64,000 nucleotides of DNA from the human T2T-CHM13v2.0 reference genome, Homo sapiens. Of this stretch, positions 1-16,079 are shown in pieces; positions within the stretch are counted from its first letter, which is position 1, and each line of letters opens with the position of its first letter. Made by a program: the position numbers and the translations under genes. The notes under the pieces were generated by a model. The model worked only from the letters and a program-made list of their open reading frames with translations, made no database searches and was not told the DNA's origin. The stretch lies in the NCBI RefSeq assembly GCF_009914755.1, contig NC_060946.1; one strand, written 5' to 3'.

Positions 1-190
1 CCCTGACTCAGCCTCCTGAGTAGCTGGGACTACAGGTGCGCACTGCCACTCCCAGCTAATTTTTTGTATTTTAGTAGAGACACGGTTTCACCATGTTGGC
101 CAGGATGGTCTCGATCTCTTGACCTCCTGATCCACCTGCCTTAGCCTCCTAAAGTGCCGGGATTACAGGCGTGAGCCACTGTGTCCAGCC
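1..190 (-). mobile_element. Alu (AluS, Sc-like), cut by window edge
   Basis: Antisense Alu left arm and linker, ending gtgagccactgtgtccagcc. Confidence 0.95.
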
Positions 191-439
191 TCTTCTTTCT
201 CTTTTACCCCACTCAGGGCTCCAACATCTAGGTGGTGCCTTCCAACTCCCAGACCTTCTTCCTCTCCTCCTTTCCATTACTCTCTCTCATTCCCTGTCTC
301 CTGATGATCTAGAATAATTTAGCTCTGATTCCTCCAAGCTTACCTTCCACAACCATCACCCTGCTCAGCAAACAGAGAACCCTGTATTCACCAGATTTTG
401 TCTTTCTCAGTAAGTAATGCCTATGTTTTCTATCACATT

Positions 440-570
440 ATTTTTTATAACTTCCTACTGTTGATGTGAGGGCTACCTGAATGAATGAGGTAATGTATAT
501 GAAGCCTTTTACACAATAGCTGGCATATAACAAAGTACTAAATAAATTGTAATTTTTATTATTGTTATTT
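440..570 (+). mobile_element. MIR fragment
   Basis: gaatgaggtaatgtatatgaagcc...gctggcatataacaaagtactaaataaattgt resembles the MIR 3' end. Confidence 0.55.
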
Positions 571-1129
571 TATTATAACTACTCCTGGTAAGAGATGGCT
601 AATGTAGGAAGCTACCAAATAAAGATGTATTACTTAGATCTTTCGTGGCTTGTTTTACCTTTGACAAGAAAAGAGACTTCTAGAAAGAGTCCTGTTCAAG
701 GATGAAGCTCAGAAAGACTTCAGGAAACAAGGAACCCCTACCTCTGAAGCAATTCTTGAAAGCCTTGGTAGGAGTGATTATTGATTAAGTGTCTGCGGTT
801 GATCTACCCCAGGGGTGAAGGTTGCCTGCTTACTAAGAAGAAAACCTGCTGACCACTGGCCTTGTTAGACAGAACCTTGCTAGGTTCCTGGAGAGGTTTC
901 CTGGCTGAGGTTGAGAGACAGAAATTCACCCATCTGTCAGAGATTTTGCAGGCCCAGCCCAGCTTGAAAAGCAGGGCCATGTACATGACCTTGGGATGGG
1001 CTTTTGCTCACATCTTCACTGATACCCACAGTCTGATTTGAGATTCTGGCTTGCTTACTGTGCAGCTGGATGATGTAAACAAGGTGTATTTTTAGTCTCT
1101 TGCATGATCTCTTTTAAGTTAGAACCAAA

Positions 1130-1390
1130 GTTGTCATCTTCCTCTTAACACAGGCTCCTCCTCTTCCAGGGTTCCCTTTCTCAGGAAGAGCAGCACCATT
1201 CACACAGCCATCCCCTGAAGCCTCCCTGAATAGTTTTCTCCCTGATCCAGTCACTTTTTCCGTCCCATAGATTCTACTTCTACAGTATCTCTCAGCTCCA
1301 TCCCTCTCCACTGCCTCTGGCTTCCTTTATGCTCTCATCAGCTCTTTACTGGCCCAGCTTTTGCTAGTCTCACTCCTGCTATAATAAAAC
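1130..1390 (+). mobile_element. L2 fragment
   Basis: Pyrimidine-rich, L2-like segments (atccagtcac..., ccatccctctccactgcc). Confidence 0.45.
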
Positions 1391-1414
1391 AAGGCAAAAC
1401 CTAAGTGACTCCCT

Positions 1415-2130
1415 CATCAGTCAGGTTATGCTATCTTATATGTGTAACGAAACAATGAACTCCAAAATCCCCAGGGCATTCAGCAACAAAGGCTTATTTC
1501 TCACACACACACTACACACTTCTCACTAGTTGGCTGTATTTCTCTGTTCCACGTTACTCCAGGCCATACTCTGGAATGGAGCAGCTACCTTATGGAATAA
1601 TGATGGTCTTTCTGTCTGAGACAAGGAGAAGGGGCCGGGCATGGTGGCTCACACCTGTAATCCTAGCACTTTGGGAGGCTGAGAAGGAGGATCACTTGAG
1701 CTCAGTAGTTTGAGACCAGCCTGGACATATAGTGAGACCTCATCTCTGCTAAACATGAAAAAAGATAGCTGGATGTGGTGGCTCATGCCTGTAGTTCCAA
1801 CTACTCAGGGGGTGGGGGTCAGGGGTGCTAAGGCAACAGGATCACTTGAGCCTGGGAGGTGAAGGCTGCAGTGAGCCATGACCAAGCTACTGCACTCCAG
1901 CTTGAGCAGCAAAGCAAGATTCTGTCTCAACAACAAACAAACAAAAAAACAGAACAAAACAAAAAACAAAGAGAGGGAACATTCCTTCTATGTCACAGGT
2001 TACGAAAAAAAAAAAAAAGGGAACATGGTGAATTGTTTCTAAAACATTTTCCTGGAAGTAACACAAATGACTTTTTGTCATATTTAGTTGGCCAAAACAA
2101 GTCTTAAACCTGATTTCAATGGAATTTGGA
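1415..2130 (-). mobile_element. Old MaLR LTR (MLT1 family) split by an Alu
   Basis: atcagtcaggttatgct...aacaaaggcttatttctc before the Alu; ttggccaaaacaagtc after it. Confidence 0.55.
1633..1970 (+). mobile_element. AluJ
   Basis: ggccgggcatggtggctcac start, J-type positions, G-rich insertion in right arm, (CAAA)n-type tail. Confidence 0.93.
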
Positions 2131-2469
2131 ATTATAATTTTAATCAGATGTTGGTAAGCACTTAGATAGTCTGCCATACTCCTATTATATAAAGTCCTTA
2201 GCTTGGCAACAATTGATATCCACTGGGGTTTTGCGTCACATCTGGGATGAAATCCTTCAGCATTTGTATGTACTTTTCCATTAGGATCTAGGCACTCATT
2301 CACAGCTCCATTTTTCTAACCATCTCTCCACGAGTTTATCTAACCGACATATTTTCAGCCAATTCTTGTGTAAGTAATTGGGCATACAGGGATAAATAAG
2401 ACACAAAACCTGTCCTGAAAATTTCATAAATGGAGAGATATACAAACAAGTGCACTAAAAGCTTGATTA

Positions 2470-3800
2470 TAGAAAATTATGAACATATTCAAGTATGAAT
2501 AACCTAGTATCATGAACTCCCTTGGACCGGCATCCAGCTTCAGCAATTATCAATTCATTGCCATCATCTTTGTCTCTATCCCCACCAGTATCCCCCATAT
2601 TATTGTTTTTTAATTGGAATTTTTATTGAGATCATTGTAAATTCACATGAAGTTTTAGGAAATAACACAGAGATCTGTGTATCCTTCATGCAGTTTTCCC
2701 CAACACGAGCTTCTTGCAAAACTATATGCAGTACAATATCACAACTAGAATATTGACATTGATACAATCTATCAATTTTATTCATATATTCTCAGTTTTA
2801 CTTATATTCTTATATTCATTTGTGTGTGGATGTATTTTGTCCATGTTATTTTGAAGCAAATCTGAGACATTATACAATTGCCCCCAAATTGGTATAGTAT
2901 ATATGTTTACAAAATAAGGACTCCTTAAAAAATATTATCATTACCATACCTTAAAAAGTTACTCCTAATTCTTTAATGTCATCAAATATTAAGGTAGTAT
3001 TCAAATTTCCATTTTCCATAAATGTCACTTTTTAACAGTTTGTTTGAATAAGGTCCACACCTTGTGACTGGTTGACATGTATTTTAAGGCTCTTAAAATC
3101 TAATGTATACTTTCCTCCTTCCTCTTCCTCTCTCTTTTCCCCTCGCAACTATCTCTTTTGTCCTTTATAGTTTCCCATGAGTGATTATATCCACGTTATA
3201 TTTAAAAATGTTTCCCTGTCCTCTTTATTTCCTGTACATTGGCAGTTGGATCTCAAGATGTGGTCAGATTCAGCTTCAATATTTTTTGGCAAGACTCTTC
3301 CAAAGGAGGCATGTAAAGTCTGGCTGTCTCTCTTTTTTGTGACATTGGTGTTCCTTGTCAATGTTGATTAATCAGGGGTTACAAAATGGCAACATTCTAA
3401 TTCTATTGCTCCTTTCTGATTCAATATAAAATTACTGATTCCAGTAATCAACTTATCGCCTCTACTATTTGGTTACCAAGAAGGCAGGTATTTAAATAGT
3501 AAATTGAATTCTCTAGTATTTTCCAGTAATGACCAATTACTTTTAAAATTTTAGGCATCATTATGTACTCATGAGTGAAAACACATTTGATGTATTTTAA
3601 TCCATTGAAGTTATTTTTCGTTCCTGTTCAAAGTGTTCATTTTTGGCCCATGGGAGTCTCTTCAAGTTGGCTTCTGATTTTTTCAGCATTAGTCTTGGTA
3701 GTCTTTGATGGTTTCCTAGGAATCTCGTATGGCAAAATGTTAGGCTCTCTGTCCATTTCCTGCTCCAGACATGGAATCAGTTGTTTCTCCAAGGAGTCCT
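2470..3800 (-). mobile_element. Old L1M (L1MC/L1ME-type) 3' fragments, nested
   Basis: ttttattgagatcattgtaaattcacatgaagtt...gacattgatacaatc (L1MC-like 3' end, about 2600-2820) inside an older L1 3' UTR. Confidence 0.65.
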
Positions 3801-3977
3801 GATATATTCTACTCTACGTGTATGTGTGTTTAACGTTCACATGTAGTCCTTGTGTTGCTTTTGCTACAGCGATTTTGGCTAACTGAAGCTCACACTCACG
3901 TGGTGGGAACCCAAGAAGGGCTCATGAGAACAATATTCTCTTAGTCCTTTTTTGATGACAGCCATTTGTTTAGCTGC

Positions 3978-4272
3978 CTTTTTGTTTTTGGCAGGGTCTA
4001 GCTCTGTCAGCGAGGCTGGAGTGCAGTGGCACGATCAAAGCTCACTGCCCTTAAACTCGTAGGCTTAAGTGACCCTCCTACCTCAGCCTCCTGAGTAGCT
4101 AGAGCTGCAGAAATATGCCACTGTACCCAGCTAATATTTTTAAATTGTATTTTGTAGAGACTGAGTCTCATTGTGTTGCTCAGGGTGGTTTCAAACTCCT
4201 GGCCTCAAGCAGTCCTCTCGCCTTGGCTTCCCAAAGTGCTGGGATTACTAATGTGAGCTCCTGTGCCTGGCC
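3978..4272 (-). mobile_element. AluJ
   Basis: Antisense dimeric Alu; degenerate TSD ccatttgt(tt/c)agct. Confidence 0.92.
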
Positions 4273-4597
4273 CATTTGTCAGCTTTTATACCTGAAGGTT
4301 AGCTTGGCTATATACAAAATCCTTGGCTCACTTCTTTTCTTTCTTTTGGTGTATTAAATATGTTATCTATGGTCTTCTGACATAATGTACTGCTATCAAA
4401 AAATTTGATGGTCATCTGATATTCTTTCCCTTATATGTGACTTACTCTTTGCACTTGGATGCTTCAGTACTTTTTGTTTTTTATGTAAGTAAAGGAATTT
4501 TGTTAGAATATTTCTCTATATTGCTTGGCCTGGTTTGACTGTACCTAGATATAAGATGTGCCCTTTGAAATGCAGTCTTAAACTTAAAACAACATTT

Positions 4598-6999
4598 CAT
4601 TTTATTTATCTTTCTTTATACTTTTAAGTTCAGGGGTACATGTGCAGGTTTGCTATCATATATACATAGGTAAATTGTCATCGGGGTTTGTTTTACAGAG
4701 TATTTCATCACCCAGGTATTAAGCCTAGTACTCATTAGTTATTTTTCCTGATCTTCTTCCTCCTCCCACTCTCCACCTGCTGGAAGGCCCCAGTGTGTGT
4801 TTTTCCCCTCTGGGTGTTCATGTATTCTTATCATTTACCTCCCACTTATAAGTGAGAACATGCAGTATTTGATTTTCTGTTCCTGTGTTAGTTTGATAAG
4901 GATAATGACCTCCAGCTCCATCCATGTCCCTGCAAAGGACATAATCTTGTTCCTTTTTGTGGCTGCATAGTATTCCATGGTGTATATGTACCACATTTTC
5001 TCTCTCCAGTCTGTCATTGGTGGGTATTTAGGTTGATTCCATGTCTTTGCTCTTGTGAATAGTGCTGCAATGAACATACGCATACATATGTCTTTATAAT
5101 ATAGCAATTCATATACCTTTGGGTATATACTCAGTAATGGGATTGCTGTGTCAAATGGTATTTCTGGTTTTAGGTCTTTGAGGAATCGCCACACTGTCTT
5201 CCACAATGGTTGACTAATGTACACTCCTAAAAACAGTGTGTAAGCATTCCTTTTTCTCTATAACCTCACCAGCATCTGTTATTTTTGACTTTTTAATAAT
5301 AGCCATTCTGACTGGTGTAAGGTAGTATCTCATTGTGGTTTTGATTTGCATTTCTCTAATGATCAGTCATGCTGAACTTTTCTTTATACGATTGTTGGCT
5401 GCATGCATGTCTTCTTTTGAAAAGTGTTTGTTCGTGTCCTTTGCCCATCTTTTAATAGAGTTGTTTGCTTTTTCTTTGTAAATTTAAGTTTCTTATAGAT
5501 GCTGGATATTAGATCTTTGTTGGATGCATAGTTTGCAAATATTTTTTCCCATTCTGTAGGTTGTCTGTTCACTCTATTGATAGCTTCCTTTGCTGTGTAG
5601 AAGCTCTTTAGTTAATTAGATCCCATTTGTCAATTTTTGGTTTTGTTGTAATTGCGTTGGTGTCTTCATCATGAAATCTTTGCCCATTCCTATGTCCTGA
5701 ATGGTATTGCCTAGGTTGTCTTCCAGGGTTTTTGTAGTTTTAAGTTTTACATTTAAGTCTTTAATCTGTCTTGAGTTGACTTTCGTATATGGTATAAGGA
5801 AGGGGTCCACTTTCAATCTTCTACATATGTCTAGCCAGTTATCCCAGCACCATTTATTGAATAGGGAATCCTTTCTCTATTGCTTGTTTTTGTCAGATTT
5901 GTTGAAGATGTGATAGTTGTTGGTGTGTGACCTTATTTCTGGGTTTTCTATTCTGTTCCATTGGTCTATGGGTCTGTTTTTGTACCACTACTATGCTGTT
6001 TTGGTTACTGTAGCCCTGTAGAATGGTTTAAAGTTGGGTAGTGTGATGCCTCCAGCTTTGTTCTTTTTGCTTAGGATTGCCTTGGCTATTTAGCCTGTTT
6101 TTTGGTTCCATTTGAATTTTAAAATAATTTTTTCTAGTTCTGTGAATGATTTCAATGATAGTTTAATAGGAATAGCACTGAATCTATAAATTGCTTTGGG
6201 CAGTATGGCCATTTTTTCGATATTGATTTTTCCTGTCTGTGAGCACAGAATGTTTTTCCGTTTGTTTGTGTCATCTCTGATTTATTTGAGCAGTGTTTTG
6301 TACTTCTCCTTGTAGAGATATTTCACCTCCCTGATTAATTGTATTTCTAGGTATTTTATTATTTTTGTGGCAGTTGTGAACGGGATTGCTTTCCTGATTT
6401 GGCCCTCAGCTTGACTGTTGTTGGAATGGAATGCTAGTGGTTTTTGCACATTGATTTTTTATCCTGAGATTTTATTGAAGTTGTTTATCAGCTTAAGAAG
6501 CTTTTAGGCTGAGACTATGGGGTTTTCTAGATACAAGATCATATTGTCTGCAAACAGGGATAGTTTGACTTCCTTTCATCCTATTCGGATGCCCTTTTTT
6601 TTTTTTCTCTTGCCTGATTGCGCAGGCCAGGACATCCAATACTATGAGGATTGGTGATGGAGGGCATTCTTGCCTTGTGCTGGCTTTCAAGGGGAATGTG
6701 TCCAGCTTTCACTCATTCCATATGATGTTGGCTATGGGTTTGTTATAGATGGTTCTTATTATTTTGAGGTATATTCATTCAATACCTAGTTTATTGAGAG
6801 TTTTTGACATGAAGAGGTGCTGAATTTTATTGAAAGCCTTTTCTACATCTATTGAGATAATCATGTGGTTTTTGTCTTTAGTTCTGTTTGTGTGATGCAT
6901 CATGTTAATTGATTTGTGTCCGTTGAACCAACCTTGCATTCCAGAGATAAAGCCTATTTGATCATGGTGGAAAAGTTTTTGATGTGCTACTTGAATGAG
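4598..6999 (-). mobile_element. 5'-truncated L1PA (older subfamily, about PA13-16): 3' UTR and decayed ORF2 C-terminus
   Basis: ORF-track peptides QPLWKTVWRFLKDL...MFIAALFT...WYIYTMEYYAA and [14 protein letters not shown] are L1 ORF2p; TSD cttaaaaca(a/g)cattt at 4583-4597 and 7000-7014. Confidence 0.95.
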
Positions 7000-7214
7000 C
7001 TTAAAACAGCATTTTAAAGTAATTGTTTTTTGAGTTATAGTTTTAGGATTTATTTTGTTTATTTTCTTTGGCTTTTTTCTTCTAGCACTCTATGCGCATG
7101 TTGGGTTATCTGATTATCTTCTATATTTGTCACTGTCTCTTGTGAATTCTTATTTATTTCTTTTAATTAAAAATTTCTTCTGTTCATCTTCTGTCTCTTT
7201 TATGGTACTATCTG

Positions 7215-7508
<294 letters not shown>

Positions 7509-7564
7509 GTACTATTATTTACTGTTCTGTTCAGTGTCTTCTATTTTAGTCTTCATTTCTGAGC

Positions 7565-7859
7565 TTTTTTTTTTGAGACATAGTCTTGCCCAGTTGCCCA
7601 GGCTGGAGTGCAGTGGTGCACTCTTGGCTCACTGCAACCTCTGCCTCCTGGGTCCAAATGATTCTCCTGCCTCAGCCTCCTAAGTAGCTGGGATTACAGG
7701 TGCCCACAACCACGCCCAGCTAATTTTTGTATTTTTAGTACAGATGGGGTTTCACCATGTTGGCCAGGCTGGTCTTGGTCTTGAACTCCTGACCTTGTGA
7801 TCACCTGCCTTGGCCTCACAAAGTGCTGGGATTACAGGTGTGAGCCACTGCGCCTGGCC
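7565..7859 (-). mobile_element. AluS
   Basis: Full antisense dimer; TSD atttctgagctttttt on both sides. Confidence 0.95.
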
Positions 7860-8538
7860 ATTTCTGAGCTTTTTTTGTTGTTGTTTCTAATTTTTTCCTG
7901 AGTTTTATCATTCTACATTTTAGTGTATTTTATTCTGATAAGTGATGTTATTTCTTAATAGCTTCTATTATTGCTTCCAATTCATTTTTGTTTATTTTTA
8001 AATATTAGGTTATAAACAGTTTCATCTGTTCCTTCCAAAAATTTTTGTCTTGCTTTCATGATATGTAAGGACATTATTTTGCTCTTAATTCGCTGTTTTT
8101 ATAATTATGCATGGGAATTAAGCATAACATTTTCTGATGCTCATTTTTATATGAAAGTTATTTTTCTGCAATTTTTGGAGGAAGAGGTAGGTCAGGATGG
8201 ATTTTATAGTATTAGAGCTTTAGAGTTCTCTTTTCTGCTGTTTTTGTAAAATGTTAGAAATTCAAGGACTTAACTAATTCTGAGATCTCATGGCTTCTTT
8301 TTCTTCTACTTTAGTCTGGACTTTGTTGCCTTTTGTCTTTGTTGTTTCTGTCCTGCTCAACTTCAACTCTATTCCTAGTATGTCTCCCCATTGTGAGACT
8401 TGATGTTGAAAGGGTATTTATCATATGTTGACCAGTTAGTTTTGGGCATTCATAAAGCACACTACTTCATCCCCTTTGGATCTTGTGTGAGCCCCTTTGT
8501 ATTCACTCGGATATTATAGAGGAACAATTCTTCCATAA

Positions 8539-8899
8539 TGATATGGTTTGGCTATGTCCCTACCAAATCTCAACTTGAATTGTATCTCCCAGAATTCCCA
8601 CGTGTTGTGGGAGAGACCCAAGGGGAGGTAATTGAATCATGGGGTCCAGTCTTTCTCATGATATTCTCGTGATAGTGGATAAGTCTCACAAGATCTGATG
8701 GGTTTATCAGGGATATCTGCTTTTGCTCCTTCTTCGCTCTCTCTTGCTGCCACAATGTAAGAGGTGCCGAGGTGCCTTTTGTCCTCTGCCATGATTATGA
8801 GGCCTCCCCAGCCATGTAGAACTGTAAGTCAAATTAAACCTCCTTTTCTTCCCAGTCTGAAGTATGTCTTTATCAGCAGCATAAAAATGGATTGAAACA
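8539..8899 (+). mobile_element. THE1A-like solo LTR (ERVL-MaLR)
   Basis: tgatatggtttggct...ca termini, typical THE1 body, 5-bp TSD cataa/catag. Confidence 0.92.
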
Positions 8900-10093
8900 C
8901 ATAGCGATTGCTATTGTCAAGTTGATATATTGCACTTATTAATGAATATGTAATGCTATTTTGGGAGTAGTTCTGGTCTCAGTCTGTCAGCTACTCTGTT
9001 GCTTCCTTCTGCCTTACACACAGGTGCTGATGCCATGCAGCAGGAATAGCAATGGTTTGTCATTTCTGGGTCTTATTTTGGTGTTTGTGTGGACTTCTTG
9101 TCACCTGGTTTTGCTGTAGATATTGTCTGTGGAATTTTGGCTTTGCTTTCTTAGTTGCTCCATATATTTTTTTTTATGGGAGGGGATTCAAAAACTACCA
9201 TATATCAGTAGCTGTCTTTCCAGGACTGCAAAATGTGGTTTTAGAAGTCCTAAAATGGCTTCGACACAGGCTGCTGTTGAAGTGCAGAGAAAGTCAGTGC
9301 AGAAGTGGGTGCAGGGAGGGTTTGGCTTGGAGGTCAAGAAAGGTACCTACAGGAAGTAAATTCTGTCTGAACTGAGCCTCAGAAGGAGTCATTTGAATAT
9401 GAAAAAGGGAGCAAGCTATGAAGGCAAAGGTAACAGCATTTGTGAGTGGTCAGGTCCATGAGATGGCATGTTGTGAGTGGGGAATCAAAGGTCCTAGCAG
9501 ATGCTGAATGAGTGTCTGTTGGGCGTGGAAGTGTGGTACCTCTCTGAATGTAAGCCTCTGTTTCCCTGCCCCAGCAACCTTGTTTTCCAGGATAGATTGG
9601 TTTTTATATATTGCTAGTTCTCACCTTTCTGGTCCCTGTGTAATTCTCATTATTCATTGCTTTTTACAATCCTCTCAGTTGAGAGCCATCTGTGAAGTTA
9701 ATTTCAGCACTGTTTACTCTTTCCTCCTAAATCACTAATGAAGATGAAACATTCAATGGAATTGAGCTTTGCACCCCTTTCTGGGAAATTCCACCGAGGC
9801 TTGCTCTTGTTTCAGGTAATCATCTTGAAATCAAACATGTTATCACCCTTTGGTCAGTTGTTCATGAGGCTATTGAGTTCAAGTTTGTACTCATTTAAAT
9901 TCATTTTTTTTTTTAAGATTCTATTAGGTAATCCAGCTTTAGTCTTCAACAAAACAATAAAAAAGGTTTAATCTCACTAGTAATCAAAGATATGCAAATT
10001 AGGACATTATTGAAGGGTTTGTGTTTTTTACTGACAGTATTTGTAAACATTTTAAAAGTTAGCACCCACTGCTGGTGAAGTGTGTTGAAATTA

Positions 10094-10459
<366 letters not shown>

Positions 10460-10969
10460 TCAAAGAGGATTTACCCTTTTCTTCGTTTTTTTGTTTGTTT
10501 GTTTTTGTTTTTACCAGTAGTGGGAATTTATCCTGAGAAAGTATTTCTGGAAGAGAGAAAAACCTTGCATGAATATGGTTGTTGAAATATTTAGCTTCAT
10601 GTAATAAAAATGGAAACAAAATCTACCAGCAATGGGAGAATTATTAAATAAATTAAGGTCCATCAACTGAATGAATAGAAGAATCTCAGTAATGGGTTGC
10701 TGCTATTATTATTGTTATTAGTATCTTTGTTGCTGTTTTTATTCTTTGACCCTACATACATGTTGTTTTTTTCCCATGGCACTATGACTGCAACTCCAGT
10801 TTACTAATAAGAACATATTTTGTCCCCTAAAATAATTATCAAGAAATGACATTAAACCAATAGTTGTAACTTAGTGCTAAACTGTGGTTTACTATAAATA
10901 AGAACTTTGTAATATTAATACACATCTTCAAAGATGAAATAATATATGAATCTTCATAACAGAAAGTTA

Positions 10970-11420
10970 CTTATCATGCCCTTAAATTGGAACCAACCCA
11001 CATGTCCATCAGCTGATGGTTGGATAAATAAAATGTGGTGTCTTCATACAATGAAATATTATTAGGTCATAAAAGGAAGGAGTGATACAAGCTGTAGCAT
11101 ACATGAACCTTGGAATTATTATGATAAGTGAAAGAAGTCAGCCACAAAAGTTCACATTGTATGATTCCATTTATATTAAATGTCCAGAATATGCAAATCC
11201 ATGGAGAATAAAAAGTAAATTAGTGATTGCTTCTGGCAGAGGGGTATGGAAGAGTGGGGAGTGACATGGGGTTTCTTTTTGGGGTTAAAACAATGTTATA
11301 AAATTGATTATGGTGATAGTTGCACAACTCAGTGGCAATACTGAAAACCATTGAATTGTGCACTTTAAATGGGTGAATTGAATGGCATGTGATTTGTATC
11401 TCAATAAAACTGTTACCAAA
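10970..11420 (+). mobile_element. L1MB/L1ME 3' end
   Basis: aacccacatgtccatcagctgatggttggataaataaaatgtgg...ctcaataaaactgtt. Confidence 0.85.
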
Positions 11421-11719
11421 TAAACTGACTACACAAAGCCCAATTATCTAATCAACCTCTATAATAAGCAATGATTCGACCTTGGAAAAACTTAAATAGA
11501 ATGCTGCAGCATTAATGTAAGCAATTCTTTAATAACACAACCTCAACTTTTCATAACTATTCCATAGCATAGTAGAGCTCTGATTTTAACATCCTCTCAT
11601 TTTTACAGTTTTCAAGCAGCAAAAGCAGTTTGTGGCAATTTGCAAGACTCTGGCAAACCACCTGCACCTTTCAAACTAAAGATTTTGAACTGTTTGGTCT
11701 CCTTGTAAGTTTAGAAACA

Positions 11720-12400
11720 ATATCAGTTAAAATCAATTTGGCTGAAAATGACAGATACCTTGAGACATAATATTAAATTAAAGATAATAGATAAAAGTTT
11801 ATTTCTCCCTCACATAAACATATTTAATCCAAAGAGGACAAGGCAGTTGTATGATCACTGGGGACCTGTTCCTGTCTAGCTAGTTAATCTACCATTTCAA
11901 AACAGTGTTTACCTATTACCCAAGCAGTGTACACTGTACCCAGTATACCCAATAGGCTTTTATCCCTCTCCCCACTCCCATCCTTTCCCCCCTAGTCCCC
12001 CAAATCCATGATATCATTCTTATGCCTTTGCAGCCTCATAGCTTAGCTCCCACTTATAAGTGAGAACATACAATATTTGGTTTTTCCATTCCTGAATTAC
12101 TTCACTTAGAATAACAGCCTCCATGATGGCTGTTCAGGTCCTGCCAACCCATCAGCATTTCAACCAGGAGAAGGAAGGATAGACAGAAGAGAAGGGCACG
12201 GTTTTTTATGAATGGATTTATTCTAGAAATCAGACACTACTTTCTTATGTCTCTTTGCTAGAACTTAGTCACACACTATAATTGGTTGCCAAGGAGGCCA
12301 GAAAATGTTTTTATTTTGGGTGGCCATGTGCCTAGCTAAAATTTGGAGGGTTTGGTGTTATAGAAGAAGGGGAGAATGGATTCTTGGGAACCACCAGTTC
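11720..12400 (-). mobile_element. Old MLT1 LTR interrupted by an L1 fragment
   Basis: atcagttaaaatcaatttggctg...; agaacttagtcacac...ggccatgtgcctagctaaaa. Confidence 0.55.
11910..12123 (-). mobile_element. L1PB-like 3' UTR fragment
   Basis: tatcattcttatgcctttgcagcctcatagcttagctcccacttataagtgagaacata. Confidence 0.85.
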
Positions 12401-12861
12401 CTGATACAAAGTGTCTCTGCCCCTAATTTTTCATGTGCTTCCTTCAGCTGGGGTAGAAATGCATTCCAAATTCTTGGCTTTGAATTTAAACTCTGTCCTA
12501 GAAAACCACCTAACCTCCATGAAACTGTTTCCTCTCCTACGAAGTGAGAAAATATTCTCATCTCATTTGACTGTGGGAAGGGTTAAGCACATTAATATAT
12601 GTCGAAAGTGTTTTATAATCTATAAAGCAGTGCACACATGATAGATTTAACTTGAAAAAGAGTATACATAGGTAGGATATAATCATGGTTTTAAAATGTC
12701 TGAAGCACTCCCTAGGGAAGTCAGAAACTTAAAAAAAAAAATTCCCTATCACTCCAGAGGGCAAAATGGGTTCAGTGATGAAAGTCAGAGGGAGGCAGAT
12801 CTCAATTGAGTCTGCCTTCTCTACAGTCCAGGGCTGTTCAACAAGAAGATGGCTCCTTTCT

Positions 12862-13163
12862 GGCCAGGCACGGTGGCTTGCCTGTAGTCCCAGCACTTTG
12901 GGAGGCTGAGGCGAGTGGATCACTTGAGGCCAGGAGTTCAGGATCAGTCTGGCCAACATGGTGAAACCCCTTCTCTACTAAAAATACAAAAATTAGCTGA
13001 GCATGGTGGTGTATGGCTGTCATCCCAGCTACTCAGGAGGCTGAGTCAGGAGAATCACTTGAAGCTGGGAGGTAGAGGTTGCAGTGAGCCAAGATCACGC
13101 CACTGCAGTCCAGTCTGGGCAACACAGTGAGACCCTGTCTCAAAAAAAAAAAAAAAAAAAAAA
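12862..13163 (+). mobile_element. AluS
   Basis: Full dimer; left TSD atggctcctttct at 12849-12861. Confidence 0.95.
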
Positions 13164-13164
13164 G

Positions 13165-13606
<442 letters not shown>

Positions 13607-15403
13607 TCAAAGCAGGTAAGCCAGTGTCCACTGTCTCAGAACCACTTCCTTATTACCACTGTCTTGCAGTGTGGCTAAACATAATATCTACTGTCAAAAA
13701 GCTTATAATAGAGAAAGGGATTTAAAATATGTAAAAATAATGGTTGTTCATAGTAGAAAGATAAATAAAGTGAGATTGGACTTTAGGACCAATGCAATGA
13801 AAAGAACATGTAAACACTGGAAATAAAGACTCCCTAAGCTCGTACCTTCTTAAATAGTGTAAAAAAAATACTCATTGAACATTGAATACTCTCAGCTCAG
13901 AGATAATCAAGAGACAGTTCATTCTTGAGAGTGCAGGTTTTCAGAATGTTCTGAGAAAGAGTGAATGATTTTAAGGTGAGTTAAAGTTGAAGTGTAGTTG
14001 GGAATCGAGGGAGGGGAAGGATGTGGAAAGATTCCAGTAGTATTATTAAGAAAATTGATTAAAGCTACTCTAGTAAAAGTAGGAGGAATTACATCAATAA
14101 GACAAATGGTACCTCCGGTAACTTTGAACTCAGTATTGATAGAAGGGTTGATGGAGAGATCTGGGAAATCAATGAAACTATCTCTAAAATTTCAAGGCAA
14201 TTGATTGAAAGAGAGTAAGGAAAACAGGCAAAAAAAAAAAATGTCAGCCTTTTATCATTGCAAATGAGGCCACATTGTTGATCACCTGCTCCTAAAGTCA
14301 GACTCAATGCAAGCTTCAGGAGGAAAAAAAGGGTGTCACATAACCTGAAAATAGGTTAGGCTGCTCTGTTGTATTTATAGGAAGAGAATGATCTAGTTCA
14401 TGTATTCTAAGTAGTTCAACTTGTATATACGAAATCAAATCAGCCCCATTCAGAATGATAGACTCTTTACTGTCTTAAATACCCATCCTATCATTCTGCT
14501 TGTGTAGAAAAGAAAAAATCAAAATGTCCAATCAAAATGTTCTGATGCTAACACGAAACGCATGATGGAGGGTGGTGCAAGCAGATTCACCCCTGGTGTC
14601 TCCCATTTTCTCCTTCACAAATTCCTAGTTCACTTTTGAACTTCTTAGCCAAGAGTCTGTATAACCCCAAGCCTCAGCCTCAATCAACCTCAGTAGTTTT
14701 TCCTGAACTTAAGTTATTGAATAAACCCAGTATTTTGGATCAGTGAGGAAAAGCCTGAACTTTTATGTGTGTTATTATATATGGTACCTCTTAGTTATGG
14801 GAATTCTCAGGAACTGGGTTGACCTGATTATTAGATATTTTTATGTAGGGATAGAGTGTGGCCAGTATCTCCCTAACATTCATTTCTCCTTCTTCCAATA
14901 TAATCACCATAATTTTTTTTTCAAAAGATAACTACCCATCCTCAGTCTTTCCTTCAACAAATGTTTGCTGAGGCCCTGTGATATGCTTGGTACTATCATC
15001 AGTATTAGGGATATAGTGTGAGCCAGACAGATAAGATCCCTGTCCCCATGGAATCTATGATGGTGGGGAAGACAGGAAATAAATATATAATTTATGGAAG
15101 TGATCAATCTTATCAAGAACATTAAAGTAGGTAAAGCGTAGAATTTGACTGGGGAAGACTGGAGAAAAGGAATATGTGTTGGGGAATTTTCACTGAGGAA
15201 ATTCACTGATTTGGAAAACTGAATAAAGTAAGGGATAGTTCTAGGGATGAACATTCCAGGTAGAGAGCAAAGCAAGTGTGGATCCCTGTGGTGGCAGCAA
15301 GCTCGGCATTTTCAAGAAATTGTAAGATGTTCAGTGTTGCTGAGCAAGAATGAAGAAGGGTGAGTGGAATAAGATGAGAGCAGAGAGATAAAAGTGGGAT
15401 CTG

Positions 15404-15725
<322 letters not shown>

Positions 15726-15737
15726 TGTATCATGTAG

Positions 15738-16079
<342 letters not shown>

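Noticed and set aside
4835-6690. Protein-coding gene from the minus-strand ORFs
   Set aside because: Frameshifted, stop-interrupted fragments of L1 ORF2 in a 5'-truncated element
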